Source: Rhynchobatus australiae
Lineage: Eukaryota
NCBI GenBank assembly: GCA_034780895.1
Contig: JAUZTB010000027.1
Coordinates: 39,713,432-39,777,229 of the forward strand
Length of the DNA stretch: 63,798 bases
Direction of reading: 5' to 3'
The notes under the pieces are model-generated. The model was given only the letters and a program-made list of their open reading frames with translations, did no database searches and had not been told where the DNA came from. The position numbers and the translations under genes were made by a program. Numbering within the stretch: the first letter of the stretch is position 1; each line of letters opens with the position of its first letter. Below, piece after piece: positions 28,205 to 40,790 of this stretch.

Positions 28205-28885
28205 TCACACTGATATGGTGATCAAGAAAGTGCATCAGCATGTTTACTTGGGTGTCTGAGAATATTCGGCATGTCCACGAAGATTCTCTTGAACTTTTAC
28301 AGATGTGCTATGGAAGGTATCCTGATGGGTTCATCTCAGCCTGATGTGGCAACTACTCTGTTCTGGGCCAACGGAACCTGCCGAGAGCAGTAACCATAGC
28401 CCAGTCCATCATAGGCTCATCACTTCCTTCCATCCAATCCACCTTCATGGTGTGTTGCTTCAGGAAGGCTAAGAATATCATCGAGGATGCCTGCCACCCT
28501 GGTCATTCTCTTTTCTCTCTTCTACCTTCTGGGAGAAGATACAGGAGCTTGAAAGCCCCTTCATCCAGACTTCAGCTCCTTCCCCTCTGCGATCAGACTT
28601 CTGAACCAATCACCTCTTTTGCATCCCCTTCCCAGTGGTGCTGCCACATCCTCATACACTTAATTCTACCCCTCTAAGTTATTCTGTTATTGTCACTTTA
28701 GCGTTTCTTTTCTTTTGCACTACTTTAGATTGCACTACAATCTTTACACCATTCTGCTGTTTTGAGGTCATCGTATTTATTGTTTTAATTATTATTACCA
28801 TTTATACTGTGTAGTCTGTGAGCTTCACGTGAACAAGGAATTTCATTGTACACTGGTGTATGTGGCAAACTAGTCTGAATCTGAA
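28205..28885 (+). mobile_element. Rex1/Babar-like LINE 3' fragment, second subfamily
   Basis: KAKNIIEDACHPGHSLFSLLPSGRRYRSL; ctgaatctgaa tail. Confidence 0.85.
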
Positions 28886-29302
28886 ATAGATAATGTGAAA
28901 CTGCTTTCAGCCACTAATTTTGCATTTCATGTTAAAAATGAATCTCCAGGAGAATTCCTCACTATTCAGTTGATTGGAATTTTCCAGATAGGCCAAGTTA
29001 TGAAAACATTGTTAGCTAAGCGGTGTGTAATGGCTGGCACAGAAGAATGAGAACAGGGGAGTTCTCTTCACTATATTGTAGAATTTTTTTACTTCTGTTT
29101 GAGGGCTGGTTTAATGTCTCTTTTTGTGGCAAGAATCTCTGATAATGCAGCCTTCTCTTCCTGTGAAGTGTTCAGGTACTCAAGGCACATGAAGTGGTCT
29201 TGNNNNNNNNNNNNNNNNNNNNNNNNNNNNNNNNNNNNNNNNNNNNNNNNNNNNNNNNNNNNNNNNNNNNNNNNNNNNNNNNNNNNNNNNNNNNNNNNNN
29301 NN

Positions 29303-29855
29303 TCATGTTGCAACTGCACAAGACACTGATAAGCCCACACTTGGGAGTATTGTGAATAGTACTGGTTGCCCAGACGGAGGAAGGATGTCAATAAGCTGGA
29401 AATGGTACAGAAAAGGTTCACAAGGATGTTACCAGGACTGGAGGGCTTGAATCATAAGGAGAGGCTGGATGACTGGGACATTTTTTTCTTGGCACGTAGG
29501 AGACCAAAGGGTGACAAAATCAGGAGGGGCATAAACTAGGTGGATGGTCACAGTCTTTTTCCCAGGGTAGGGGAGTCTAAAATGAGAGGACATAGATTTA
29601 AGTTGAAGGAGAAGGGATTTAAAAGAGGGGAAAAATTTAAAAGGGACCCAAGGGAAAACTTTTTTTTACACAGAGGGTGGTGGGTAAATGGAACGACCTG
29701 CCAGAGGTAGGTACAATTACAATATTTAAAAGCCACTTAAATAAGTACATGGATAGAAAAGGTTTAGAGGGGTATGAGCCAAATGCAGGTAAATGGAACT
29801 AGCTTGGATAGACATCTTGGTTGGCATGGACGAGTTGGGCCAAAGGGCTTGTTTC
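29303..29855 (+). mobile_element. CR1 (HER1-like) LINE 3' end
   Basis: ggagtattgtg...aggttcacaaggatgttaccaggactggaggg...ggcatggacgagttgggccaaagggcttgtttcc. Confidence 0.88.
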
Positions 29856-30115
29856 CTTTCTCACACACTGTGGTGCACCAAGACAAGCACATTCCTTAGA
29901 GACCTCACAAGACCTCTGCCCTTATTCCAGGAGGAAGTCACGTACTGGGAAGCTGCTCGTGGATTGGATGAAGAGCAGTAAAAGGAATCTTAATTCATTA
30001 ACAATGCATGGAAAGGAATGGCATCATGGTGTGGTGGGTCACAATAAAGGAAGACAACTTGGAGATATCTAACGCAGCTGAAAAATCAGATGCTGGTGAG
30101 GGAATGTGAAGGGCA

Positions 30116-30412
30116 GGCATGCTACTGCAGCGGTTAGCGTAATGCTTTACAGCGCCAGCGACTCGGGTTCAATTCTGGCCGCTGTCTGTAAGAAGTTTGT
30201 ATGTTCTCCCCGTGTCTGCGTGGGTTTCCTCTGGGTGTTCCGGTTTCCTCCCACGTTCCGAAGACGTACGGGTTAGGAAGTTGTGGACATACTATGTTGG
30301 TGTCGGAAGCGTGGTGACACTTGCAGGCTGCCCCCAGAACACCCTACGCAAAAGATGCATTTCACTGTGTGTTCCGATGTGCATGTGACTAATAAAGATA
30401 TTTTATATCTTA
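30116..30412 (+). mobile_element. Full-length tRNA-derived V-SINE (HE1-like)
   Basis: A/B-box-like gcagcggttagcg and gggttcaattc; V-domain gttctccccgtgtctgcgtgggtttcctc; tail gactaataaagatat. Confidence 0.88.
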
Positions 30413-30493
30413 TGTGCAGGAGGAGTGAGCTGGGGGGAATCAGCCAGACTTCAGGTACACAGTTACAGCTAACCTTACATTAGAACCAAGCCC

Positions 30494-30572
30494 TGGAGAA
30501 GAATAGAGAAACAAAGGACTGCAGATACTGGAATCCAGATGAAAATCTAGATGAATCTAGATGGAGAAGAAT
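30494..30572 (-). mobile_element. 57-bp Penelope-family terminal stub with 11-bp TSD
   Basis: tggagaagaat at 30494-30504 and 30562-30572 flank agagaaacaaaggactgcagatactggaatc, the same end as the element at about 31105. Confidence 0.8.
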
Positions 30573-31204
30573 GGTGCAGAGAGCTGATGCATAGCTCACC
30601 CACAAGACACAGTATAAACTCAATTATGCATCCATTATGCATTTACTTGATTTCTTGTTTACTGTAAGAATGCTCCTAAATTCTGCAAAACTGATAGAAA
30701 CTGGAATTTCCTACATTGCTTTCCTTGCAAGAGGGCTTAGCTGCCCACGGGGTCGACAAATGTTGCACGACAGATTCTAGATGGGAGTAGAAGGAGGGAA
30801 ACAAAATGCAGCAATAGAGCACTGAGAGCTTTGGCATTCTGAGCAGTGCTGTAGAGGTGGCTGGTTAAGGGGCAGTACATATTCAAACAGTGGGGTAGAA
30901 ATTAGCATACGTGGAGTGGAGGAAAGAGCAGATACATTCCCTGCAGTTGAGTGGCGAGTCACACAATCTAACAGAGTTGAGGCGACACAAAGAGCCAACA
31001 GGGTTGAGGAAATGGTCCGCGATTACCAGCCTTCAGGCAAGTGAGGTCAGCATTATGAGGTGAGAGGAGAGCAGTCTGGATGAACTTGGGGACCAGGTGA
31101 TTTCAGAGAAACAAAGGACTGCAGACGCTGGAATCTGGATGAAAAACACAATGATGCTGGAGGAACTCAGCAGGCCAGGCAGCACCCATGGAGAAAAGCA
31201 GAGT

Positions 31205-31239
31205 GTCAACGTTTTGGGTCAGGACCCTTCTTCAGGACC
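31205..31239 (-). ncRNA. Minimal type I hammerhead ribozyme motif, GAAA box mutated to AAAA
   Basis: Minus strand GGTC-CTGAAGA-A-GGG-TCCTGA-CCC-AAAA-CGTT-GAC; GTC/GAC stem I intact. Confidence 0.55.
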
Positions 31240-31362
31240 TGAGGAAGGGTATTACTGCTCCACTGTGAAGTCTCTTTAAGGATGCCCACTTAGAAGTTTT
31301 CTTCCTCTCTTCAACGGGAGCTTTGTGACTCCCTCTCTTACCGCTCCACTTCTGTAACCTCC

Positions 31363-31399
31363 ATTCCTGAAGAAGGGTCCTGACCCGAAATGTTAACCG
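31363..31399 (+). ncRNA. Minimal type I hammerhead ribozyme motif, partly decayed
   Basis: CTGAAGA(31367)-A-GGG-TCCTGA-CCC-GAAA(31387)-TGTT-AACC. Confidence 0.6.
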
Positions 31400-32399
31400 C
31401 CTGCTTTTCTCCACGGATGCTGCCTGGCCTGCTGAGTTCCTCCAGCATCATCGTGCTTTTCAGGTGATTTCAGAGGCTGGAGTAGTGGGAGTAGCATCCA
31501 TCCAAGACCGGGGTACCAGCGGCTACACATTCAGGCCAATCTTACACTTAACCTTTTGGTTGCAGTTCAAGATTGGGTTCTACTGAGCGTAACTGGTGAT
31601 GGCCGCAGACCAACTGAATGGAAAACCATTCATACATTCATGGGGGCTTCAAAAAGACTTTACTAGCAAGTGCAGATAATCAAACACCTTTTTCAGGCCT
31701 GGTTCCTGACACCAATGGCTCTCCTTCCCCAATAAGCTAGGCAGCCCATTCTGACTAGAAGTTTATAAATGTTTCCTGTTTGCCACATCAGGGCAGAGTA
31801 ATCACAGCTGTTCTTGCAGGACAAAAGGACTGAATATTAAGACATAAAATTCTGAACAGTGCATCAGGAAAGGCTGATCAGTTGATTAATCAATTGCTTT
31901 AAGTGCTGATCAATGCCACGGAGCAGTAAATTATATGGGGCCACAGGACTGGTCAAATATATTGTATGTTTGGGTAATCAGCCAAATTAATCACTACAAT
32001 TGAATTCCATGATCATACTCTATATGGCTAAGAATCAAAATTATCCATTAACTCCTGTTGATGGCCACAATATCTGTCATCTGTTTATCTTGGGCCCACA
32101 ACATTGCTTCCAAACTGCCAACACTGCAAAGACTTAGAACAAGAAATGTGCTGTGAGCAGATTACAGATACTACTAACACAGAATGCCTTTATGAAATGA
32201 CTCCTGTTACTTTAACATTGATGTGAAAGCAAAGTGAGAGATACCATTACTCTGATCAAAGGATGAGTACTTACATTTAATTCTCAGGGATAAATAGACA
32301 TCTAAATAATCAGCCTGTCTGATTTACTTGTTAAATCTAACCGAAATTAGCATATCATCATGAGAAAATGAGGAGTTCCATTTAGACAACTTTCACCAC

Positions 32400-32640
32400 C
32401 TCAATTTGTTCTAATGCACTTTACAGTTCATGGAATATTTTTTGAGAATAGTTTTAATTTTGGAATGCACAGTATAATTTACACACAACAAGAGGCAAGA
32501 AACAGAAAAGAGATAATGGTCAGACAATCTCTTTTTAAGTGCTGGGCAAAAGATATGTATTGACAAGCACACCAAGGAGAATTTCTCTTCTTCAAAATAG
32601 GATCAAGGAATCTTTTACATCCACCTGAGAGGATGAAGCT
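32400..32640 (-). mobile_element. Deu-domain SINE remnant
   Basis: gagataatggtcagacaatct...caccaaggagaa...tcttttacatccacctgagagg. Confidence 0.65.
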
Positions 32641-32799
32641 GCACAGAAAAAAGATCCAAATTAGAAAATCTCAAAAGCCAGCTGTCAGAATAAACAAGGG
32701 GTTGAACAGACCCTTTGCCATTGTAATTCAGTTCACTGGATAACTATTTACACACCTATCATATTTGGTGTTGCTGCAGAGAATGGAGCAGATAACTTG

Positions 32800-33060
32800 G
32801 GCTAACATGTCAGTGCAGTGCTGAGAATGATTGTATAAGCCCCCATCTGGTTTCTGAGGCAGTATATTGATTATTAAAGCACAATTCAGAGTGGAGGAAT
32901 GGAGTAACCTTAATAAAGATTATTTGTAATGCATCTTACAAATAATCTTGCTGTTTGTAGCATCTTTATGTGAATTAACTTCATAATAATGACTGCATTT
33001 CAGAAGCGCTTCATTTGTCTTGAAAGTGCTTTGGTATGTCCCTTTTGGGTGGGTATTATG
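32800..33060 (+). mobile_element. Deu-domain SINE remnant, opposite orientation to 32400-32640
   Basis: tcagtgcagtgctgag...ttgctgtttgtagcatct...gactgcatttcagaagcgcttcatt...aaagtgctttgg. Confidence 0.55.
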
Positions 33061-35559
33061 TGAGTTCTTCCATCTCAATACAGTGCATGGGCAAAGTAAG
33101 ATTCCATAGTTTAAAAAATGATTTGCAAATTCATACGAATAGTTTTCAAAATGCAGAAATGTAACAACTTTGATATTAATATACTGTTATACAGTATTAT
33201 CAATTTGGTGTTTGAAGCATGGCAGTTGTATAGTTAGCAGTGAGATAATTCACTGTTAGGTAGGCAACCTGATTCTTCAGCACTCTGAAGTCAGGAATAC
33301 CTTGTACGTTTTGGACATCACACAATCTGCAGTTTAACTGTGGCTCTCTGCAGAGGCAAGCTTGCAGTGTTCTGAAGCTTTGCATTTTCAACAGATGTTC
33401 TCCAGCTTGTTCTCCATATATCAAAATTTAAGTTGCCGTTAGGCAGCATTTACTGCATGAATGCCGAACTTGAGGGAACTTAAGCATCCACCGCAGATCT
33501 GTGTGCTGTATTGGAGATCCTCTCTGAAAGGGGAAACTAAAATTTCCTATTTTGTAGAAAGTCTTTGATCAAACGTGAACGTATCATTGAGCACTTCATT
33601 GAGGGATATGTTTGGGTGTTAATAATAAAGCTGTTGTTAAGGGTTTGCATGGAAATTGATCAATATTTGTCTGAGAAGTTTTTTAAAAAACTGATGTTCT
33701 TTCTGGTAATAGTTTATCAAAAGACAAAGCACAAGATTGGAAATAAAACTGCACACACTTTCTGTGATTTATTGATGCAAATGACCGTAAGAGTAACTAA
33801 GTTTCTCTTTGTTTTCCTGACTTCTTAGTCTGCACTAACTTGCTTTTTCACCCTTTCATTTGTGTAGCCAATCTTCACTGAATTATTTCATACTGATCCT
33901 AGATGGCAGACAATACAAATGAAATTAATTATATCAAGTGTTGGTTATATTAGAGTTCACTAAATCAACATTCTACTGCTGTAGAAAGCATAACAGGCAA
34001 TGTTGATCCAGCAAGATTCCACAAAAAGTTTATGATTTAGTCTCTCCTTAGTATAAAGCAAGTATAAAACTCAATCCAAAATTGAGTTTTGGATTGTTCA
34101 GGATGCAGGAAAGATCCCTGCTTCTGTTTACTTGTGCCAAGGAAGACAGGGTGACTGTATATGCCTCTTACTAGGAGAAACTGAGCAAAAAGTACATCTC
34201 TAATTACAAGTGCACCTTAAAATTCACATTAGTTGATGGTAACTGAGATCTTAATTTTGTTAAATAAATGGGAGTAATTTTGTTTTAAAATGCCCTATCT
34301 TGATGTACATTACCACTTTATAATTGTAGTTGATCTTGAAAACCAAAATGACGGTTTCCATTCTTGCTTTAATATATTTCTTGTCTTCTTAAAATTTGCA
34401 ATTGCAATGCTCAAAATAGTGCACTAAAAATAAATGTTATTGGTTACTGTTTTGTGCTCTAATTTTGGAATTATTGAATCGTGCAACAATAGCTACAGTA
34501 TTGGAACTTGGAGAAGAGGTAAAACATCCACTTTACACTGAGCAAAAATGAGAGTGCAGTCATGCACATTCTTCGGTTATTTTGTTTTTCTATAAAATCT
34601 TCACGTGACTGATAATGGGATAAAGCTGGTAACTAAGTGAATTATGAAAAGCTGAAATTGTAACAATTCACAGTTAAATCATTGGTGCAGGAATCAATGT
34701 AGATACACTTCCTGTAGTGCATTTGGAAGAAGTAAGTGATGATCATTTATTGAAGATGTAAAGTTCCTGCTGTGTACCTATTTTTATTGTCAATACCAAT
34801 GGGCAAGTGTATTTTGCTTGTAACTCTGGTTAATTGATCCCAACTTTTAATATCCCCCCTCAATCTTGTGCAATTGTCCTGAAGAACTCTTGCACCTTGT
34901 GAATAATAGTTTCTGCTGGACCTCATCATTTGGTATAAACATCATGTATTTTTAATTTCCAGCAGCCAGTGGCTGCCTTAAGGTTAGATGAGCATTTGAC
35001 TAAATGTCTAGGGAATTGAAAGACTTACACCTCCAACGTGGCTGTGGTGTGCTTTTATACAATTTTTAAAAAATGTGAAGGCATACACCCAGAGAAAGTA
35101 TTGTAAATGCAGATTTGGTGTGATTGAAGCCAATAAACATTGGTACCTTTTGTGTTCTTTCTTTTTCCCTTGTATGTAATGTATGCAGACANNNNNNNNN
35201 NAAATACAAATCCATTTATCAATCCCAGTGACTTTATCAAGCCACCATCCTGAGTGTTGGTAGTTTGCAATATTCTGTATTGGAGAAGTCAGTCTTTGGA
35301 TGACTAAAGCAAAACAAAAATTCAATATACCACCAGGTTTTGTCCAACAATGGTTGAATTGGTGCATAATGGCTGTGAAACAAACTGTTCACATTTTTCT
35401 AAGCCTTTTGTTAGGTCTTCTCCAGAACTCCATCTTAAAGTGCACTCAATAATTTGTCTTTTGTTTTCCTTTGTGCACCTCTCAATTTTTCAGTAGGTGG
35501 GTTGATGAGGTGAGGCCATTTTGAATGGAGAAGCCAGTAACAACTAATGATGAGTTAGT

Positions 35560-36330
35560 AAGCCACATATTGAGGTTTTCTGGAGAGATGATGGGTGATG
35601 TTGTAAGCACAGCAGAGGAAACATTAAATTGCAAAAAGCTTTTAACAATTTAAGTGAATGGACAAAACCACACCAAATGGATTTCAAATGCATAAATGTG
35701 TGATCATCCATTTAGGCCTAACAGGGCTGGAACAGAGTACTTGCTAAATGGTGAAAAGCTGAAAGTACTGGATGCCCAAGGATCATTGTGCCTTGGATAA
35801 GTGCAGAAACTAATGAAGAAGGTCATGGATATGTGTCTACATTTAAAGGATTAAAATAATAGCAGGTCTCCAATATGCCTGCCTTTGACAAAACATGCAT
35901 TATTATAGATGTTTCTGACCACTCCACATTTGGAAGACTAGGTTGGCCTTGGCCCAGATGCCATGTAGATTTATCAGAATCTATCATCTCCAAGCATTAC
36001 TATGTACCGAACTATTTACAGAAACTGTTTGTATTCATACGAATTTAAAGGGTGATTTGACTGAGGTTTCCACGATTAAAGGGGAACTGATTCTATTTCT
36101 ACTGATGGAGAAGTTCAGGATTGGGAGACATTGGCTAATTAGAGCTGGACAATGCAGGAGTGAAGATGGGCAATTATTAATTTTAAATCCTGAAGCTAAT
36201 AGTTTTTTGTTAATCATAGGGATGAAGGCATGTAAGGGAAACGTGATGACATTGTCACAGATCAGACAGTACTTACTGAATAACAGAATAACTTGAAGGG
36301 CTAAATGATTTACTCCTTTTCCTATGATTC
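35560..36330 (+). mobile_element. Old CR1 LINE 3' fragment
   Basis: aagtgaatggacaaaacc...ataaatgtgtgatcatccatttagg...tactccttttcctat tail. Confidence 0.6.
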
Positions 36331-38762
36331 ATTGCTGTGAGATCTGGACTGTAACTGCAGCTTGCTACATTTGGCATCGGCTTGGCTTTGGAACTGGCAA
36401 GGAATAGATCTCAAATACCTATGCATAAATTAGTTAATCTAATATCCACTTTAAAGGCAAGATACCATTTTCACAGAATAATAGGCAACTCCCAGAATAC
36501 CTTTTGACATGAATTGAATTTGTCTTGTTTGCTGTTAGTCATTGGTTTTGATGCATCCTTTACATGATGTATAAATCTCTGTTGTTACAAAAATAAAGTG
36601 CTGGTTCTCAGCAGACTAATTGATTTTGCTCATGCACCACATTGTAGGTGCTCTGTGAGGAACATATGTTCAGGGGCACAAATAGAATTCTGGAAGTTGG
36701 TCTCATCAGCAGCATAGCACTGAGTTTGAAGTCCAATTCCCCAGTTTTGGCAGTAACATTCCAAAAGCAGTATTTTCAGTGCTCTCACAATGTATGAACT
36801 CTATTGCTATGACAACCCAAGAGAGTCTAACTTTGGGCTGATGATCTCCAGATACTGTGGCGAAGAGTGTCTCTCTCTCTCTCTCTCACACAAAAGGTAT
36901 AGAAGTAAACAGCCTCATTTTAAAATGGACCTTACCAGGAATTATTCATTAAAAGCACTTGTACTGGGGGGAAAAAATTGCATAAATATTAATTATGCTG
37001 TGTTTTTTTTTATCCTGAATTCAGTGAGCCTCTGGTTTAATATTGCTTTACAAGTCTGTATCATTACATGAAGACAGTCAAACCAAGCCAATTTGATACT
37101 ACTAAATTTCTCAGCACCGAAGGATCACTGCATTTAAGAGTTAATGGGATCTCAATAATTAGATTCCTGAGAGTAAGGAGGATGTTTATTCAAATTTTCT
37201 TGTGTTGCAATGTTATTTATAGCACAGTTTCCAGTAAATTGGGTTGAGCATTTGGACATAACCTGTATGTGAAAATTGCAGTGTCCTCCCACAACACTAA
37301 TAACTATCCTTTCAACATTTAACAAGGTTTTTACATGTGCTGTACAGCTTTTAAAAGTAAACAAGCTGTAACTGACCAACGAGTAATCAGAGGCACAGTT
37401 GGATGCAATTTTGGAATAGCTTAATGGTACTATTTTTACTGTTTATTCCACTGAGATTGGGCAAACTAACTCTTTCCTGTGGTGATGAATCTGTTACACA
37501 TCAACATTCTTCCTCAGCTTGATTGAACATTCCTTAAAATGTGGATCTTTTTGTTTCTAGCAGCATTACCTTAAGCTCTCTCGGTTACCATGCTGTGCAC
37601 AATTCTTTAATCAACCCATTGAGGACTTGATCTATTTTCAAACTTGTCCTGTAATATTTCAAAAATGTATACTAAGTTTAAATCCATGGGGATATAGGTT
37701 TATTGACAAGACAACATGCCTACTCTTTGCATGTTGAGTCTTTAAGCTCATGATACATCAGTTACATTTGAGAAGCAGGCACACCACATTACTCTGCTAC
37801 CCAATACAATTTCAATATAAAAACAGGGATACAAGGAAAATGGTATGAGGCCATTTCAGTTCCCAATGTGTCTATACATTGCTTGGATTCCATCCATCTT
37901 TTCCATGACCCACAATTGAAAATTAATGAATTGTTATGTGAAGATATTTGACTGCAGTTACTGTAAAGTCCTCATCAACTGCATTTAGCATGAAGTTCCC
38001 GTTTCACTTTCAGTATTCGAGTCCAATTGGTAGTCATGGCAGAGCATCTGCAATGCCATTCTGCCTGGAACTCCTCTACCCAATTGTATTAATAAGGTGT
38101 GATTTTGGAATTCTTTACCTAGAGGGCATTGGGGTCTCAGTCATTGGTTATATTAAAACAAATTAATGGATTTCTGGATTTTGAAGGAATCAAAGAATAT
38201 GGTGATAGGACAGCAAACTACTGCTTATGGCAACCAGGATCTTGTTGAATGGTGGCGCAGGCTTGAAAAACCGAATGGCCTACTCTCCCTATTTATTCAT
38301 ATTCCTTTGCATGCCTTTACTCTCAGTATAACCGCTCAGGGCTGTCCGTTGGCCTTCCCTATTCAACATTTAATGTGGTTAAGCTTGATGTGTGATAGTC
38401 TGGTGACACCAGTGCATCCATCCCTCCACATTGAGGCTTGCTGGTCATTTGACCCTGGCGCACCTCTGAATAATGTGCAGCCTGATGCAGAGACAACCTG
38501 CCAAACTCCAGTTGGGAGCTAAAGGGATAGGCTTGCCAAAGATTGCCAAGTAGACGGCAGATCGGGCAATCTGATCCAGTGTCCTGAAGCTGTCATGTTA
38601 TTTGAGGAGTAGGCAGATCACATGACCCTCCTCTGTCATGGTATAAATGTACACCTAGATTTGCAGAAAGTAGCATGTTCCACAATTAGAAGCATTGCAG
38701 AACAAACCCTGCATCTCAGCTTGTTTCAAATGAAGAAAAGAAATACCCTGTTACCTTTCAAA

Positions 38763-39255
38763 GAATCACAGAGCAATACAGGATGGAAACAGGCCCTTTG
38801 ACCTAACTTGTCTGTGCTGATCATGATGCTCAGCTGACCTACTCCCATTTGCCTGTGTTTGACCCATATTCCTCTGAACCTTTCCTATCAATGTCCCTGT
38901 CCCAGTGTCCTTTAAATGCTGTTAATGTACCTGCCTCAATCACTTCCTCTGGCAGTTCGTTCCGTATGTCCACCACATTCTGTATGAAGAATTTGCCCCA
39001 CAGGTCCCTTTTTAAATCTTTCCCCTTTCAACTTAAATCTATGCCCTCTAGTTTTTGATTCCCTTTCCCTGGGGTAAAAGACTGTGTGCATTGACCCCAT
39101 CTATGCCCCTCATGATTCAAAACACGTAACCTACCCAACCTGTCCCTCAGTCCCTCGAGTACTAGCATACTAGCAACATTCTCATAAATCTTCTTTGCAC
39201 TTTCCAGATTAGTTGTATCTTTCCTATAACAGGATAACTAAAACTGTACACAATA
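38763..39255 (-). mobile_element. CR1 (HER1-like) LINE 3' end
   Basis: Reverse-complement relative of 29303-29855 (ggaaacaggcccttt...acttaaatctatgccctctagtt). Confidence 0.85.
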
Positions 39256-39456
39256 CCAATGCATACAATGTTCTAAATGCACTCCTTAAGAAATGAATAC
39301 TCTTTCCATACGTCAGTAGTGTGGTATGTAACATCATGAGCATAAGCAAAATTAGGTACATATAAACTAATTTTCATTGAAATATGACTTTCACAACTCA
39401 ACAAGTTCTTCACAGGCAATTAAATCTAATTTCTATTTTAATGTAAAGTGGTTTAG

Positions 39457-39636
39457 GGGTTAGCGCGATGCTATTACAGCGCCAGCGATCAGGGTTCAAT
39501 TCCTGCCGCTGTCTGTAAGGAGTTTGTACGTTCTCCCGTGTCTGTGTGAGTTTCCTCCAGGTGCTCCAGTTTCCTCCCACGTTCCAAAGACGTACGGGTA
39601 AGTTAACGTGGGTTTAAGAATGGGCGGTGCAGACTC
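39457..39636 (+). mobile_element. V-SINE, 3'-truncated
   Basis: ggttagcgcgatgctattacagcgccagcgatcagggttcaattcc...gggcggtgcagactcg. Confidence 0.85.
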
Positions 39637-40090
39637 GATCTTGTCAGCCAACAAACGTATTTCATTATTAGTTCGTTTTTTCAATCCAGCAGAATATGAA
39701 ATAATTTGACCACGAATATATGCTTTAAAAGTATCCCATATTATCCCACTGGAAATTTCTTCAGTGAAATTAGCAAAAAAGAAAAATGAAATTTGTTCTC
39801 TAATAAATTGGACAAAATCTGAGTCTTGTAATAGAGAAGGGTTAAATTGCCATTGTCTGACATCAAAGGATACGTCTGGTAACAATTGATAAAATCAATG
39901 GTGCATGATCAGAAATGGCAATTGCATCGTATTTACAGTCCGTAGTAAGTGGAGCTAATCTAGCATCAGTAAGAAAATAATTAATCCTTGAGTAATTATG
40001 ATAAACATGAGAGAAGAATGAAAATTCTTTATTGTATGGATGTAAAAATCTCCAAACATCTAAAATTCCGAATTCAACTAAAAAGGAATT
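39637..40090 (-). mobile_element. L1-clade ORF2 endonuclease/linker fragment
   Basis: DVWRFLHPYNKEFSFFSHVYHNYSRINYFL...ISDHAPL; WQFNPSLL...WDTFKAYIRGQIISYS. Confidence 0.88.
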
Positions 40091-40790
40091 GAAATCTTTA
40101 CAAAAGTCCGTGTATACAACATCCACTCCCCTGCCTTCCTCAATCATCTTTGTCGCCTTCCTCAATCATCTTTGTCACCTCCTCAATAAACTCAATCAGG
40201 TTTTTAAGACATGATCTCTCCTGCACAAAGCCATGATGACTATCCCTAATAAGTCTATGTTTTTCCAGAAGCGAGTGGATCCTATCCCTAAGGATCTTCT
40301 TCAATTATTTCCCTACCACTTATGTAAGGCTTACCAGCCAATAATTTCCTGGTTGTCTCTGTGGCCCTACTTAAACAGAGGAACAACAGTGGCTATTCTC
40401 ATTCTCTGGGACCTTGCCTGTGACTAAAGAGGATACAAAAGATCTCTGTCGAGGCCTTAGCAATCTCTTCCCCTGCCTCTCTTAATAACCTGGGATAGAT
40501 CCCTTCAGGCACTGTGGAGTTATCCACTTTAATGTTCTCCAACACCACCTCCTCCTTGATATCCATATGACGTGGAATATTAGCATACCGCTCCATGAAC
40601 TCGCTGTCCCCCATGTCCTTTGCCTTAGTCAATACCAATGCAAAGTATTTGTTTAGCACATCACCCATTTTCTCTATAATCAGGGATAAATTTCCTCCTT
40701 TTTCACTGAGTGGTCCTACCCTCTGTCTAGTGACCCTTTTGTTTTTACTATATGTATAAATTGCCTTTGGATTCTCTTTAATCCTGCTCA
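40091..40790 (-). mobile_element. CR1 ORF2 internal fragment
   Basis: IKENPKAIYTY...LNKYFALV...GIYPRLLREA; GRGVDVVYTDFCK. Confidence 0.88.

Larger units (their letters stand above)
31094..31475. mobile_element. Non-autonomous Penelope-derived fold-back element with 15-bp flanking direct repeat
   Basis: caggtgatttcagag at 31094-31108 and 31461-31475; inverted arms at 31141-31237 and 31365-31461 (10 mismatches in 97 bp). Confidence 0.88.

Noticed and set aside
30116-30190. tRNA-like sequence (also 39457 and 54110-54187)
   Set aside because: SINE heads continuous with the V-domain; no complete cloverleaf.
40138-40188. 22-bp tandem duplication (also AT-rich repeats at 58666-58713 and 54295-54320)
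   Set aside because: Ordinary slippage duplications; no spacer structure, so not CRISPR-like.
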